From NCBI GenBank assembly GCA_050084985.1, contig JBITNC010000001.1, positions 169,384,001 to 169,448,000 on the forward strand: a stretch of DNA of 64,000 nucleotides, in the 5' to 3' direction. Source of the DNA: Nageia nagi. Taxonomy: Eukaryota > Plantae > Pinophyta. Below the pieces are notes generated by a model. That model saw only the letters and a program-made list of their open reading frames with translations, was not told the DNA's origin and did no database searches. The first letter of the stretch is position 1; each line of letters opens with the position of its first letter. The position numbers and the translations under genes are program-made. Positions 1 to 14,400 of the stretch are shown here, one piece after another.

Positions 1-962
1 GGAGTATGATCTTGAACAAATCCTTTTTTATCAAAATATATAACAAGAATGAGCCCTCATCATTCAAAAAAGCTTCAAAGCACGAGAGCTGGATAGAAGC
101 CATGAAAGTGGAGTATGAGGTGCTTATGAAAAATAAAACTTGGGACTTAGTTCCTTATCCTAATGAGAAGAATGTAATTAGTAATAAATGGATCTATAAG
201 GTCAAGTTCAATTCAGTTGGGGATATTAAGAAATACAAGGCAAGGTTAGTGGCCAAAGGTTTTGTTAAAAAATATGGTGTTGATTATGAAGAAACCTTTG
301 CTCTTGTGGAAAAGATGCCTACTATCAAAATTATCCTTGCTCTTTCAGCAGCTCAGGGATGGAAAGTTTTTCAACTTAACGTGAAGAGTGCATTTCTTAA
401 TAGTGATTTAAATATGGAAATCTACATGAATCAATCAGAAGAGTTTATTATGGAAGGAAAAAAGTCATGGGTATGCAAGCTAAAGAAGTCATTGTATGGA
501 CTTAAGTAAGCACCTAGAACTTGGTACAAGAAGATTTTAGGATACTTTGTAGATATTAGATTCTCCAAGTGCTTCTCTAACTTTGATCTATATGTGCTCA
601 ATCATAGAAAAATATGGTCTTGATTCTCTTTTATGTGGATGATCTTATGATAACTGAGAATAATGATGAAATCATTCAAAAGTGCATATCCAAATTTAAG
701 GTAATATTTGAAATGATTGATCTTGATCTCTTGCACTACTACCTTGAAATGGAAGTGTACCAATACAAGGATTGCACTTATCATAGTCAATCTAAGTATA
801 TATCAAACATCTTGCAAAAGTTTGGAATAGAGAAGTGTAGACATGTTGTGATCCCATTCTCTCATAGAATCATTATTTCCCTTAGCTCCAACTCTTAGTT
901 GGCTAATGCTACGACTTATAGGTAATTAATTGGTAGTCTTTTTTATTTGACTATTTCTAAGC
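1..962 (+). mobile_element. Ty1/copia reverse transcriptase remnant (pseudogene)
   Basis: ORFs 6-509 and 614-898 carry copia RT motifs: KNKTWDLV, KARLVAKGF, GVDYEETF, QLNVKSAFLN, LKKSLYGLK, YVDDL. In-frame stops are present. Confidence 0.95.
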
Positions 963-964
963 TT

Positions 965-1312
965 TCATCTTCCAATCGATGAGATTGAAGTAACTTTTGG
1001 AGAATAGTGAACCTTTTTTGAAAATTTAGATCCAAGGTAAATTTTTTTGAGCTTATCCCAAGCTTTCTTTGCTGAGGTTGATGACAAAATTATAAAGAGC
1101 ACTTCATCTGACACTACACGAAAAATCATGGAGGTTGCCAATTCATTCTTCATGTTGTATACCTCAAATACCTTCTCATCTGTAGGAGCAATGAGATTCT
1201 CATTAACTATTTGCCATAACTTCCTTACTTGCAATTCATCTCTCATTCGAGGTTCCCAAATACCAAAGTTGGAATCGTCAAGAATGTGCATGGGTAAGAA
1301 GGTGTCTCCCAT
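965..1312 (-). mobile_element. Ty1/copia gag N-terminal remnant (UBN2-like), fused tail-to-tail to the RT remnant
   Basis: LDDSNFGIWEPRM...LWQIV...SAKKAWDKLKKIY is a typical copia gag N-terminus. Confidence 0.85.
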
Positions 1313-3873
1313 TTGCTACACAAGAATGTGAAAGTGTTAACCTTTGTAAGCATATGGTTTAGAACAACATTTTAATCATCCATACATATTTCAAATAAAT
1401 TAATCATACATGTTAAATTTAATAAAAGAACATGCTTAGTTTGTTAAACAAAGTTCACATGTGAAAATGTTTACAATAGAAACTTATAATACATCCCATG
1501 TATCCAACACTTTTTTCATCAAAATAGATGTAAAGGGATAATGTTGAGGCTTATTTTCTTATCTAAAATTAGACCTTCACTTCGATACCCGCAAGGTGGA
1601 GCCCAGGTACTACCAATCCTCAACCAGTTCGCTTTGAGTAATAATATACTTTCACAAGGAGGAGTACCTACAATTTTCTAAGGTTGTGATGTATGTTGGA
1701 TCTATCAAATTATTAATCTTGATTAAGTTTTAAATTGTCCTCCTAAGTTATCAAGATAATCCCTGAATGGATGTATGGACATGTGGTATCACTACATACA
1801 TGCCTGTCCACCTATTGGAGTTATATCGAGACCAACATAGGACTTAAGAAAAATTAAGAAATACGTACTTTTCACCATTTGGATCGTCAGACTCAAGGCT
1901 TCAGTATGCCTTTTTATCACCTTATGGCTCCCTAAACAAGTCATGTTACAAAATGTATGTGCGAATATGTTCATTTTAGGGGGTTGCACATTCAATGTTT
2001 GCGATTTTTGCATAAGTAAATAAAAAAAGATGTAAAATATAAAGTAAAGTGCGTAAATGAAATATCATCCATTCATAACTTGAAACCTTAAAAGTCCATT
2101 AGGTTTACTAACCCTTAAAGGACATCTTTACACAAGTCCATATTTTACATAAGTTCATTTGTAGCTTTGCATAAAAGATAAATACTTAGATAGGCATAAA
2201 CATGTATCATTTCAATAATTTGCATAAGTCCAACTTTGCATAAATTTTTTTATCAAAATAAACATTTAAAATCTAAGTAATGGTCATGCAATATTTGTAT
2301 AAGGATCTAAAACACTTAAGTAAAAAATCATAAAAATTCCCCTTTTTTTTTACTTAAAAAGTAAGACTTTAAGGCAATATGATCCCTGTAGCATGTTAGT
2401 TTACCTTAGAATTTTAACTAAATAATGCCAAATTTTACCATAAAAAAAATGCGTCAGTAAAATTTACTTTTGGTATATGCAATTGTTACTTCTAAGCAAA
2501 ACAACTTTTCATTTAACTTTAGAGAAAATAATAAAAAATTCTCATTTAACTATAGAGAATTAATACCTAAAAATATTGTCTTATGCTAAAAAATATTTCT
2601 TTATTCAAAGAAAAAAGCATTTAAAAAAAAAGGAAGTAAATGATGAGTATTTAATTTGAGCACTTTATAATAAATTTCTCCATTTTAAACAAGTAAAGTA
2701 ATCATCCTTAAACTTGTGAGAAATTAATGAAAAGTACAAAATTTTGAAGGAGGGAGGCGTGTACTAAAAAGAATTGCATTTAATTGATCTTGGCTAATAA
2801 TACAAAGTTTTATCTAAACACTTTAAGTCAGACATTTTACTGTAATGAGGAATCAAAACGTATAAGTAACCACCAACCAAAAAAATTCCTCATTTAAAGA
2901 AATAAAAGATCCACCAAGTAATCATAATGATAAGGGCTTCGTGGACAGGTGAAAACTATCATAAGAGGTGCAAAAACGACAAGCGCAAGTAGTAAAAAAA
3001 ACTTGTAGAGAGGACTAGCAAAGGCATACGAGAGGAGGATTGAAAGGAGAAGATGAGCTGTGAGAGGGTTGAAAAAAGAAGACTAGAGACGAAGTTTGAG
3101 GTCGCAAGGCTGACAAGGTGAGGCTATTGGCTATCCAAGAGAGATCTGCTAGCGCTGGGCCTTCAGAGGTGAGGCTGTGAAAGGGTTTATACATAATTAG
3201 GTCACTCGCATTGTTGGAAGTCAATAAGACTTGGCATAGAACATGAGGAGAACAGGTGGCCACGCGAGTCAATAAGACTCGCTGCGCAGATAGAAAGGGC
3301 CGGAAAGAATACAGAGAAGGTCGCGTTCAAGGTTGACTCGCGATAGTAGGGCTGAAAGGCCTCGCGCCTAATATAGATCCACTTTAACCTGTTGTACATA
3401 TTTTCTCTTTAATCAATATATATATTAAATCTAAAAATGCCTATTTTTAAAGGCATGCCCCCTTTACTAACATTAATTATAAAAAAAAATAGCATCCCCT
3501 TCTTTTGAGTATAAATATATATACTAAAAAAAGCAATCTTTTTATAATAATATTTCTTCATAAAATTGTGTAAAAAATTGCATTTTTTTTAAAGATAACA
3601 TGTTATAGTTATATCACAAACAAATTTTTTTTTTAAATACAACTATAAAAAATAGTCTTTAGGAAGAAAATTCATAGTAATAACATGTAAATATGTTTTT
3701 TTTTAAGATTAAATCATAACAGAAAATGATGTTAGAATTAGAATGTAATAAAAAAATAACCAAGAAGGAAGGAATTTATACCTTCTCTTAGTTTTACCTC
3801 AACAATAAAGTGTAGGAAGAGAAATGAAAATCACCAAGATCACTACGATGCTAAGGAAGAGCTTCCACACCAA

Positions 3874-4388
3874 GCTATGATACTAAGTGAAGGATTTGAA
3901 CCTTAAATAACTCAATCATAGACTACCAAGATCACATGGAAGTTCACTCAAAATCAATACTCTATGCATAAATCAATCTCACAAAGTGATTTAAGATATA
4001 AAGTGGTTCCTCCAACTAGGGGTACATCCACTACCAACATCTTACTTCATTCACAAAGATAACTCTCTTACAATTCTCCTAACTTCATCTCCTAATCACT
4101 ATCTTAGAGCATAACTTTGCTTCACAAATTGGTGAGTGATCACAAAGAGGGGGCTTTCTATTTATATGCCAAAATCTCCCTTTAGATCACCCTTTTAACC
4201 ATTGTACAAAGGTATGACATGCTACTCCCTTTTACCCAAGGGGCATACTCATGAGATGGAGTGTAGGACAAGTTACATTATCATATTCAATTAAATCCTT
4301 AAGGTATATAGTGATACCATTAAGTATTAATGAATTTACAAAGAATAATATTTCAAAACCTTACAATAATGCATTATACATTCCAACA
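3874..4388 (-). mobile_element. 5' LTR (3888-4388, ~500 bp) with decayed tRNA-Met PBS of a truncated copia-type element
   Basis: TG...CA termini. GCTATGATACTA (3874-3885) approximates the reverse complement of TGGTATCAGAGC. The minus strand has TATAAATAG. Clearly similar to the solo LTR at 21863-22352. Confidence 0.8.
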
Positions 4389-7300
4389 ATTGATAGTAGT
4401 ATTAATCGTGGTTTGAAATAAACAAATCTGAACTACATGTAGGTCTTTTACATTGCTCACTCCATTAATCCTAATAAAGCTAAGAGTAAAGTACACATCG
4501 GAGTTATTCTAGTCTCTTTATGTCAAAGTACCTCGTTACATGCAAGCCACTAAAATAATTTATTATTTGCTAAATGTTCTCTATTTACTTCAAATATTTC
4601 ACATTTTATTTTTGCGATTCACGCGCTTCCTTCTCCAACTCTTTACTCTACAATAGGATATGATTCATAAAAGATGACATCGATAATCAACAACATTGTA
4701 TATTGCTACAAATATTTAAAAATAACACTTTTTTGAAAAATGAAATGATGAAATCAGTTCGTATTAATTTGCATCACTAATAATCCCCATAAGAACATTC
4801 TTTGCATTTGAAATTAAGAAATTGATTTGCATCCCTCGTAGAAATGTTCCTTGAAACAGTCATTGGGATAAACTTGGTGCAAAACTATAGTCATTGCATA
4901 GTAGAAGGTTACTCACAACCTTAGTAACATTTCTAGTGGAATCTTTAATAATCTGAATGCAATTGCTAACTTTTCTAATAATTATTTAACTTCAACTTTC
5001 ATATCATTCAACGCAGGTATTGTATTTGGAAATATAATCCCCTACCTTCATCTTACTCAATTGTTTCTTCAAATCGCCATAGATGTCACGCGTTCAATCT
5101 ATTTCCTATAACAAAAGCATGAATACTTAATCAACTTCAATCTAAATACATCCAAGAGTCTTCTTATTTCCTCTATCTTTCATCAATGTCCTTACTCGAA
5201 ACATCATTCTCGCTGCCCACTTTAGTAGAAATATTTGAAAGGAGAACATATGATATTGTATATTTAGTCTCCAACAAAAATAATTATTGCCACGTAAACC
5301 TTGCTCCTACATTCATAAGTGGTGTACTTGTACCAAGAAGACTTCGTTGCACACCCAATTTGGTGCACCTGCATAGCGAAAGGTGATTAATAATACATGT
5401 ATAATAATCTTCCTAAGAATAATTACAATGAGTCACTATAGCACCCATCTACTAGTCCTGCTTGACTATTTGCGAGTAGAGCACATAAACATGTAATGTT
5501 ATTTGCACGACTATTTGTAACCACTCTTTGAGATATTTCTACACCTTCTTCTAGAATTCCCATCATGGTGCACCCTGGAAGGATATGACAAAGGTGGCAG
5601 GGTTGGGCTTTACTCTTGAAAACTATACCTACCTAAAAGTCTCTCGTGTTATCCATATTTTATGATCGCTATGCATCATGAGGCTATAACTATTACATGC
5701 ATCTCATCAAATGACTCGCATGCATTCTCTATGTTTCACATTTTGTGTACACGTCTACTAGTGTATTCACCATTTCAACATTTAATCTTATTTTAAAAAT
5801 CCTTTAGAGCGGGTGTTGATGGTGCTAGGAAACATGGAAAGGAGATTCTCCAACAACCTGAGCGTAATGCCAATTATCCACATTGTTGGCAGAGTAGCCA
5901 TCCTTAGCTAGCACTTAAAGCTAATAGACAAATGGTGTAATAAATCGATGCTCCAAAGTATTTGCATCCTCAAACATGGTGCAAAAATGGTTGACAATCA
6001 TTGATCCAACATTATGCATTTCCCTCTCAAAAGAAAATGCCTACGATGTAAATATAACTCTTCCAAGTGAGTAACCAACTTTGAATATCAAATACAACTG
6101 ATTTGTATTCCAAAAGAATGCTTACACATATACAAAAGAAACTTAAACATATACCTTGTGTATAGAAAATCAAACATTAATACCCTAAAATTAATTTAAC
6201 AACTTATGCGCATACAAAAAATGTGAACAAGTTAAAAATAAAAAATAAGAGACAACATAATACAAAATTATATTGAAGAAATCTTACGTAAAATTTTTAT
6301 TGAATACAAAACATGGAAAATATAATCCAATGCATGCAAGTGCTTTTGAAGTAAGCACTTGCATACTTTCATTTTGTGTGATAAAAGAACAACCATTTCT
6401 TTTTAGCACAAAATTATTGTGTCTACAACTCAAAAGAAACTTGTGGGCAAGTAACTAGTAGTGAGTTAAAGGAAAATATGAATACATCATGGCAAGAAGA
6501 GCAAGAGGAGAGACAATGGTATCGAGATTTAAGAAGGTTGATGAGGACATATGAAATAAGTACAAACTAATATTTTCCCTTACCTCTCTCATTATTTGAA
6601 AATTTGAGGTTGGTATTCATAGTGTTGGTAGGTTCTCTGCTCCTACTTTGATACAGCTAGTGGTTCCATCACATTTTAGTTAGGGAGTTACATCTATAGA
6701 ATGTTGGTCATTATATTTTAGGAAGAACAACTCTATAAGGTAGAGAAAAGGGGGTTGAATATATATGGCCACACTAAAGTAGCTACTTGTATCAAAGCTG
6801 GAATGTAAGATTAATCACTTAAGAATATACATCATCTGCTTACCAAGAAGAATACAATTTGTATTCAATACCTGAAATCATTCCATTCCCAAACATGACA
6901 TTGAAGTCCTACTATGTGGTCCTCAAATAAATGATATTGATGGGTTACAACAATATTTTTAATAAATAAGAAGCAAATAGAAGACTCACAATGTTGGTGA
7001 TTTAGTACTTGGGCTTGGTGGAGGCTAGGCAGATGTGAGCCCCCTCTTCCACAAATTATGACATGCACTCTCCGCATTGGGAGATGCTATGAAGAGCCCC
7101 CTCCCAAGTGTAATGTAAGTGCCCTCTCTAGGCCATTGGCCTTGCTAATCACCCATTGACCCCGTCCAGGTATGTATACTTTCATGCTTCTCCTCCCCTC
7201 CCATTTATCCTCTTTCCTCTTTCCCTCTCCTTTGACACTTCTGAATGTGGGATCATCATGCAACCTTATGTTCAATGTAAGCATGCACAAATAATTCGTA

Positions 7301-7924
7301 GCTACTCGATGGATTCTTCAATGGTTCACCCCATTTAAGCTCATATTGAGTTTATACATTTTTCTTTCCCATATCAATTATACTTGAAGAAATGTGACAT
7401 TAAATTCTTGCACAATCCTCAAAATTTTGCAACTCATAATGATTGAGGGAGCAATCCATCATATTTTAGAGGCATACAAAGATGATGCAACATATTTATG
7501 ATTTTTAATACATTTCAATAGTTATAATATAATTTATATCCACTATGATGTTATGTGGATTGTCCTTATGCATTATTAGTATGATATATCATATGTGGAT
7601 ACTTTATTTTATTATTATATTTTCTACTAATTTGATTACAAATTACTAAAGTAAAATACCATGCAAATACCATATTATCAAAGTGAATATGTGAAAATTT
7701 CATATTCTAATGTAATAGTTAAAATTCATAATATTATAGTAAACTTTCATTTCATAAATATTTAACTATGCATTCGTTTACTATAAATTTTATGTATGAT
7801 TTAAAAAATAAATACTTATACTTGCAAACTTTAAAAACTAATGAATATAAATTATTTATCAATATTCAAGATCCTATAAATTCTTTTTATGTATAATCTT
7901 AACAATTTACATGATAATAAAATA

Positions 7925-7966
<42 letters not shown>
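7925..7966. repeat. (AAT)n microsatellite
   Basis: About 14 perfect AAT units. Confidence 0.95.
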
Positions 7967-7967
<1 letters not shown>

Positions 7968-9433
7968 TAAGCATAATAATCAAAAACTAATTGAAAAAAA
8001 TTATCTTGATTTGTAGACATTTTGAAAATAAAATAAAAAAGTATATCGTTATGCACATATCAATAATTTTTTACTTTCAAAAGTATTAAAGAATAACGAT
8101 TGTTGTTAAGTTATAAGTTAGTAGTTATAATTGTAAAATATAAGTATGTAGTATTATTAAAAATATTTTATCAGACATAATAATTCTAAATTGACCGAAA
8201 TGATTGTGAAAATAAATATTTATTGTAAATATAATCTTCTTGTAATCATAAAACATTAATTATGTGTTTAAACCTATTGGAATTATAATCTAATGAAATA
8301 CTTTTTTATATTCTTCACAAAAAAAATATTGCATTCAATCAAATAAAAGTTAAAGTAAATAATAAGATAAATGCTTAACTACACTTTTTTAGATATATCA
8401 TTAGAAAACAAAATAACATTCACATAAAAAAGATTAAAATTCAAATGGAAAATGTTATATTCAATCAAATAAAAATTATTATATACAAAATTACAAATGA
8501 AATTAAATAATAATATACTTACTAAAAGTATTCAATAAAAATTAGTTCATATCTATTTCAAAGTATGATATTGAACTATCATTTTTTAAAAGATCGTATT
8601 TATAATTAATAACACATGTTATTAAGGTAAATTTATTTTTAATATTATTTAATTCATTAAACATTTGTTATAATTTTTTTATATTAGATAAGAGGTCTTA
8701 TTTATCAATTAAATGATTAGTTAAAAGATATGGTATGATAATATGCAACATTAGTATAATGACAACACACATGACCATGTTAAAAAAAAAAAATTAAATC
8801 CAAAGGTTAAAAATTATTTCATAGTCGACCTACTCTCTAGCAAATTCTCAATCGTCAAATTGAAAATGAGCTTCCAAAGCTCAAAGGAGAATGCCTACAA
8901 TGTAATTAACAAATATCATCATATTGTGTTTGATTTGATTTTAGATTTTTATTTTAATGAATTATTTTCATTGGATACATGTGAATGATTATAATCAATT
9001 ATGATTAAAAGTATTCTTATTTTTTTAGAATATCTATCCATTATTCAATATTTTTCTTTATACAAAAAACAATTATTCAAATACTTAATTGCTATATATT
9101 TATTTCTAGATAAACTTTAATAAATTCATCAAACCAATGAATTTAAAAAATATTTAAAAACCATCATATACTTCTAATACACATTTAAGTATTTCAAAAC
9201 AGCTTGATTTTAATTCAAACTTGTATAAAGTTTTTTCAGTCCATCAACGTACCTCTTCCGTATTCTGGAAGTATACATGATCTTAATTTCTAAGAGTCCA
9301 TCAAAATCATCGTATAAATACAATTAATCAACAAAAAATGAATCAGACACCTGTTCGAATTCAAGAGCCAACAAATTGCAGATGATCCCAGCCCTCTGCA
9401 ACTCCACCCTTTTTTAGCAAAAGCCTTCGAATC

Positions 9434-9442
9434 AAACCCTAA
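9434..9442 (+). promoter_or_regulatory. telo-box (AAACCCTAA) in the LIG4 5' region
   Basis: Exact motif ~50 bp upstream of the ATG, with variants AAACCCTCT and AAACCCTGA nearby. Confidence 0.5.
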
Positions 9443-9487
9443 AACCCTCTCAAAAAACATACTCAAACCCTGATAAACAGCTTAAAA

Positions 9488-9844
9488 ATGTCAGATTCCA
9501 CGGTGAATTTCAGTGTGCTCTGTGAAATGTTCGAGGCCATATCTCGAAGCAAGAAGCCGGCAATGAAGCGTAAACATGTCAGAACATTTCTTGAGCATGT
9601 TTACAGAAGACGGCAAGGCAGAGGAAAAGAAAGTGAGTATTTTAGCGCAATCAGGCTGATGTTGCCGCAGCTGGACAGAGAAAGGGGAACGTATAAGCTA
9701 AAGGAGGCTCACCTCGCCAAATGTTTGACGGAAGCCTTGGGGCTCTCCAAAGACTCCAAGGACGCGCACAAGCTCTTGAATTGGCGCAAAGGCGGCGTTA
9801 AAGTCGGTGCCAATGCAGGGGATTTCCCCATGGTTGCAACGGAG
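9488..9844 (+). CDS. LIG4: DNA ligase IV, exon 1 (DNA-binding domain)
   Basis: MSDSTVNFSVLC...IRLMLPQLDRERGTYKLKE...LLNWRKGG...AGDFPMVATE matches the plant LIG4 N-terminus. 119 codons, then donor GAG|gtatgg. Confidence 0.95.
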
Positions 9845-11619
9845 GTATGGAATTGAGACTTTGTGATTTTCAGGAAAGGTATTGTGAATTCTCAGCTGGG
9901 TTTGTCCGTTAGCAAATTTTTTAAATGTCTGAGAAAATTATTGAACTGGTCAGAAAGTAGCAGTTTCGTTGCTTTGGGCTATCTTTTGTCAAAAGTCAAG
10001 TTTCCTTTGCTTTTGAAATTCTTCCTGAACAAAATTTAGGGGAATATTCATCCAATTTGACTTTATTGGAGTCCCCAAAAGTCAAAAGTATCAATGGATT
10101 AAATTTAAGGGATTTGTCTGTTGACACTAAAAAGTTTTTAGATTAATTTTTTTTATGTTATACTAGGGCATCCTGTAATTAGTTACATTATTCTTCGTCA
10201 TGAAATCCTGCTCTGCTGCCATTATAAACTATAACCTTGAGGTTGTATTGAAGTAAACTTTTTTTCACTAAATTTTGAAATCAGCGAAGTTTTTAGAATA
10301 AATATTAGTCTATATGGGAAGACACTTTTGTACATATGCCTGTGTCGAATTTATACCATCGTAATTGGCTAGGTTTTCACATTTACAAAAATTAAATAGG
10401 GAAACAACAAAGTTTTAAAAATAAATATCAGCCTATATGCGGAGATACTTCTCTAAAATTATGTACATATACATTTATTGAAATCATATTTTGTGATCCA
10501 TCATCTGAATTGTAAAAATGTAAACAAATGGTAATTAAGAATACTAGAACGGCAAATAATTCTACCTGCACATTGAAACTCTCTCCCTTACTCTTTATCC
10601 TACTCACTCACATGTAACGATGGAGGAAGGCTATATATGTGTTCGGAAAACCAAACTCCATAAACTGGTACGATAGAGATATATATGTCTTTATTTATAA
10701 CCTAAAGGACTCATCCAAAGGGATCACCAACATCCGCTTTACACATCTAACCACTGCCATAAATCAAACATGAATATCAAAGGAATTACAAGTAACAATA
10801 GAAACTCCTATATTAGAGATATGGAAACCCTATAGGAATTATTGATAACATAGCAAGCAGATACAATGAGATGTCATACAATTGATTCTCCTAAAGTGAG
10901 TGTTCTATTTAATAGTTAGCCATATACCCAAATTCATTTAGAAGGTCAGTTTAATAGTATAGGACTGTCATTTAAGTCCATACCCTCACAATAATACAAT
11001 GTCAACCTTTTGCAAATATACAGCCCACTTATCAAAATACTACATGCCAATACTCCTTGCCCACATAAGATTGGCTTTGAGTCTATTGATATTATCTTAA
11101 GGCAGGCTGGCATTAGACCCTTCAATGACATCTTTCAAAGGTGGCATATATGGTCCATTATAGGAGGAATGACACTCATGTTTGGTTCAAAAGCATAGAT
11201 TTTACGGCCTTGAATATTTTCACAAAATCTGTTATGACCCTTGCGTAAGTGTATAATTAGCCTTATTATCATTGTGAGTTGGCTATAGGTCATATAGATT
11301 ATTGTAGTAATCGTATTTATATACAAATAAAAGCATGGGTTAGATTCATAATCATCATATCATCATTTATCTAATGTTGTATCTTTGCATACTTGGGAAT
11401 GGGAGGTCACCCACTCAAAGTGGCAACATCTTTTTGGATCTCTTATTGATTATTTTATTGTGAACTTATATTACTCATTGTTTTTGATTTCGTAATTGCA
11501 TATAGTGTTCTATTGTTAATTGATTTTGTATATTGTTGTCTATTGTGATTGGTTTATTTGGTTATTGGAATTGTGGAATTCACATGTTATTTCTACAAAT
11601 TGTACTTGTTGAATTGTAA

Positions 11620-13100
11620 TAAGTGCTATGAGAGCTTCAATCTTGGTTACTTTTTGGAGTAAAGAAGAGCAAATCTGGAGGGACTACTACGCTACAAACA
11701 TGTTGGACTACAGATCTAATTGGGTACAATTTTTTTGTAATTCTTTACGCTATTAAGTGAATCTTATTCAGGTGATCACGGTAGTGTGTATCTCTGGTAA
11801 CACCTTTGATAGAGTCAATACTAGGAGTTTGCCATTCAAAGATCTACACCAGTAGATTTGTCTCACCAAGATGATCATAATAGTGTGTATTTTTAATAAC
11901 ACCCTTGTCAAATTTGATTTTTGTTAATCCCAAATCAGGTTTCGTAGTGAATCTCCATAGAAAATCATTTTAGATGAGGTCACCATGCCCCACATATTGG
12001 TTTCGAAAGAAGAAGTGATAATGAGAAGAGATAAAACATTGTAGCATACAAAAATCTCACTAGTAGATCAACCTAGAAAACTTTGATGAACCTAAACCAA
12101 CAAGTAACAATGAAACTTGTTCTTGATAGTTGGTGGATGCAAGGAGCATTGAAGAAGCATATGAAGAAAGATATAAGAAAATAACTAAAGAAGGTCACTA
12201 TGCCCCACATATTGGTTTCAAAAGAAGAAGTGATAATGAGAAGAGATAAAACATTGCAGCATACAAAAATCTCACTAGTAGATCAACCCAAAAAACTTTG
12301 ATGAACCTTAACCAACAAGCAACAATGAAACTTGTTCTTGATAGTTGGTGGATGGAAGGAGCACCAAAGAAGCATATGAAGAAAGATATAAGAAAAGAAC
12401 TAAAGAAGAAGACATTGAGTGTACAACACAAAAGCTATAAGCAATGATGGCACATACATTTCATCAAAAATTGTTATAGCAATGAGCCAAATTGCCAATA
12501 TTTTTTTCGAAGGGAAGATCATTAATAGAAAAGAGCATGATCACCTAGAAAAGGAGGAACAACATTCGAAGAAACCTAGTGCCATTGAAAAGAACAGATC
12601 TTTAACACATCAATATCCAAAAAGCACAACTTTTTTGATGATGAATATGACTATGATAATAACAAAGAATTTTGTCTACCATGGTCATATAGTTGTAAAC
12701 CTCCTAAGTTGAATATAGGAAACATTGATAGGATGGATCTAGAAGAATAGTTAGATTTAATGGAGCAAAGCTTTACATTCTTTGGTGTTCAAGTTCCAAG
12801 AAAAGTACCATTAGCAATCACATACTTGAAAAAGGATGCATAACAAGCTATTCATTTGAAATTGAAGCAAAAACAACATCCTCTTGAAAATAATTCCACA
12901 AATGGATCTTACAAAGGTTTGATACTATTAATAATGGAACTCATATGGTATTTCTGAAGAAGCTAAAAACAGGGTTTGAAAGGACCCATACTCTTATACA
13001 ATGCAAAAGAAGGCTTGCTAGGTATTAGTTACTTGGAAACCATCAACCAACTTTACGAAAGAAAAGATAAAACAAGCTGAAAAGTGGGGATTTTAGTTCG
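11620..13100 (+). mobile_element. Internally deleted chromovirus (Reina-like Ty3/gypsy) remnant
   Basis: Decayed PBS-like GTGCTATGAGAGC at ~11623. 12700-12840 reads PKLNIGNIDRMDLEE*LDLMEQSFTFFGVQVPRKVPLAIHILEKDA (one frameshift), resembling chromoviral gag PKLxFPxFDGxDPxxW...KVxLA. Confidence 0.55.
11978..12407. repeat. Tandem duplication, 2 x 215 bp
   Basis: The unit starting GGTCAC(C/T)ATGCCCCACATATTGG recurs at 11978 and 12193 with few substitutions. Confidence 0.92.
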
Positions 13101-13667
13101 TAAATATTATATACATTATTGGAATTTGTTTTGCATCTTACTAGGAAAATGTGGTTGATTATGACAAGAGCTGTTAGCTAGTAAATAATATTTGTATTAT
13201 TGGAAATTTATTATGCAACTTGCCATAGGCAATTGATTGATTAGGGCCACTATATGCACCATTAGTTGGTTGGATTGGTATGTTTCCAACAATCAATTTG
13301 AATTCTTGGAAACAAGTCAAGGTTTATTCAATTACTTCTACATCTAGGTTTTGTGGTCTAACAAGGATAGGAAAAAAATGATGAATTAGCAACTGCTTTA
13401 AGCTTTATGGTGTGTATATGTAAATTGGGGTAGAATGTTGTCCAAGAACAAATACAAATATTTAAAAACAAATTATGGTTAGATTATTAATGTATTTGCC
13501 CATTATTTCCACTTTAAAAAAAATATGTAAACAATTCGTAGCGGTACCTTATATCCTCATAATAATTTGTTGAAGAATAAACAAAGGCACATTCAAGCAT
13601 CCATGAAATATAGAGGCACTTCAAAACATAAAGCACAATAAGTGAGATCGAAAATTAATGGAAAACT

Positions 13668-13707
13668 TCAAAAATGCGTTTTGTGCTCTATGCATTCATC
13701 AATTTGA
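13668..13707 (-). ncRNA. Degenerate minimal type I hammerhead ribozyme motif
   Basis: Minus strand reads TCAAA-TTGATGA-ATGC-ATAGA-GCAC-AAAA-CGCATT-TTTGA. The CUGAUGA and GAAA cores each carry one transition, and stem I TCAAA/TTTGA pairs. Confidence 0.6.
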
Positions 13708-13959
13708 TTGATGACCAAAACATTATAGTCTCACCTGTTATAGAACATTTTCAAACTAGAGGGTGGCAAGTTGGATCGACCATTTGTGGTGAGAAAAATC
13801 TAGAAAAAAGATATGCACAAAAATGATAATGATTGTCAAGGAAAATGGTATAAAGTGCCAAAACAATAGAAAAAAGGCATGTAACCTTGAAATATGCACG
13901 AAAATGGCAGTGATTGTCACGATATACGAGCAATACAAATTCAACAAAAAGATGCAATT

Positions 13960-14400
13960 TTGAATAGGTGTTGGCCTGAAAGTATCAAGGACAAGAGTAG
14001 GTTAGGTAGCATCATGAACAACTGTTGAATCGATATAATTAACAAATGTGTGCCCACTCAATATCATCACAAGCATGCGTTGGCCCGGTGACATCACAAA
14101 TAGGGCACCTGGTAGCATCACAAACATATGTTGACCTAGTAGCATCACGAGCAGGTGTCGACTTGGTGACAACACAAATAGGTACTGACCGAATAGCATT
14201 GTGAATAGGTGCTAGCATGGTAGCATCACTCATAGGTGTCATCCTGGTAGCAACATGAACAAGTGTCAACTTGGTAGCATTCATGAACGATGCTGACTTG
14301 GTAAGTGTCGGCTTGATATCATACACGAAAAGGTGTTAAATCAATATCTTTCACGAATAGGTGCTGACTTGGTAGCATTTATAAATAGTACCGACTTGAT
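13960..14400 (-). repeat. Degenerate 27-bp tandem array in the PLE 3' region
   Basis: Recurring GGTAGCATCA(T/C)GAA(C/T)AGGTGTCGACTT-like unit; 9-aa periodicity in ORF 14039-14326. Confidence 0.85.

Noticed and set aside
4420-6150. Possible decayed Mutator/SWIM transposase on the minus strand
   Set aside because: Only weak Cys/His hints; no motif could be read convincingly.
6470-7420. Possible LINE fragments
   Set aside because: Composition is suggestive but I found no diagnostic motif.
10613-10879. Possible short solo LTR (TGTAAC...ATACA)
   Set aside because: No TSD, PBS or second copy seen.
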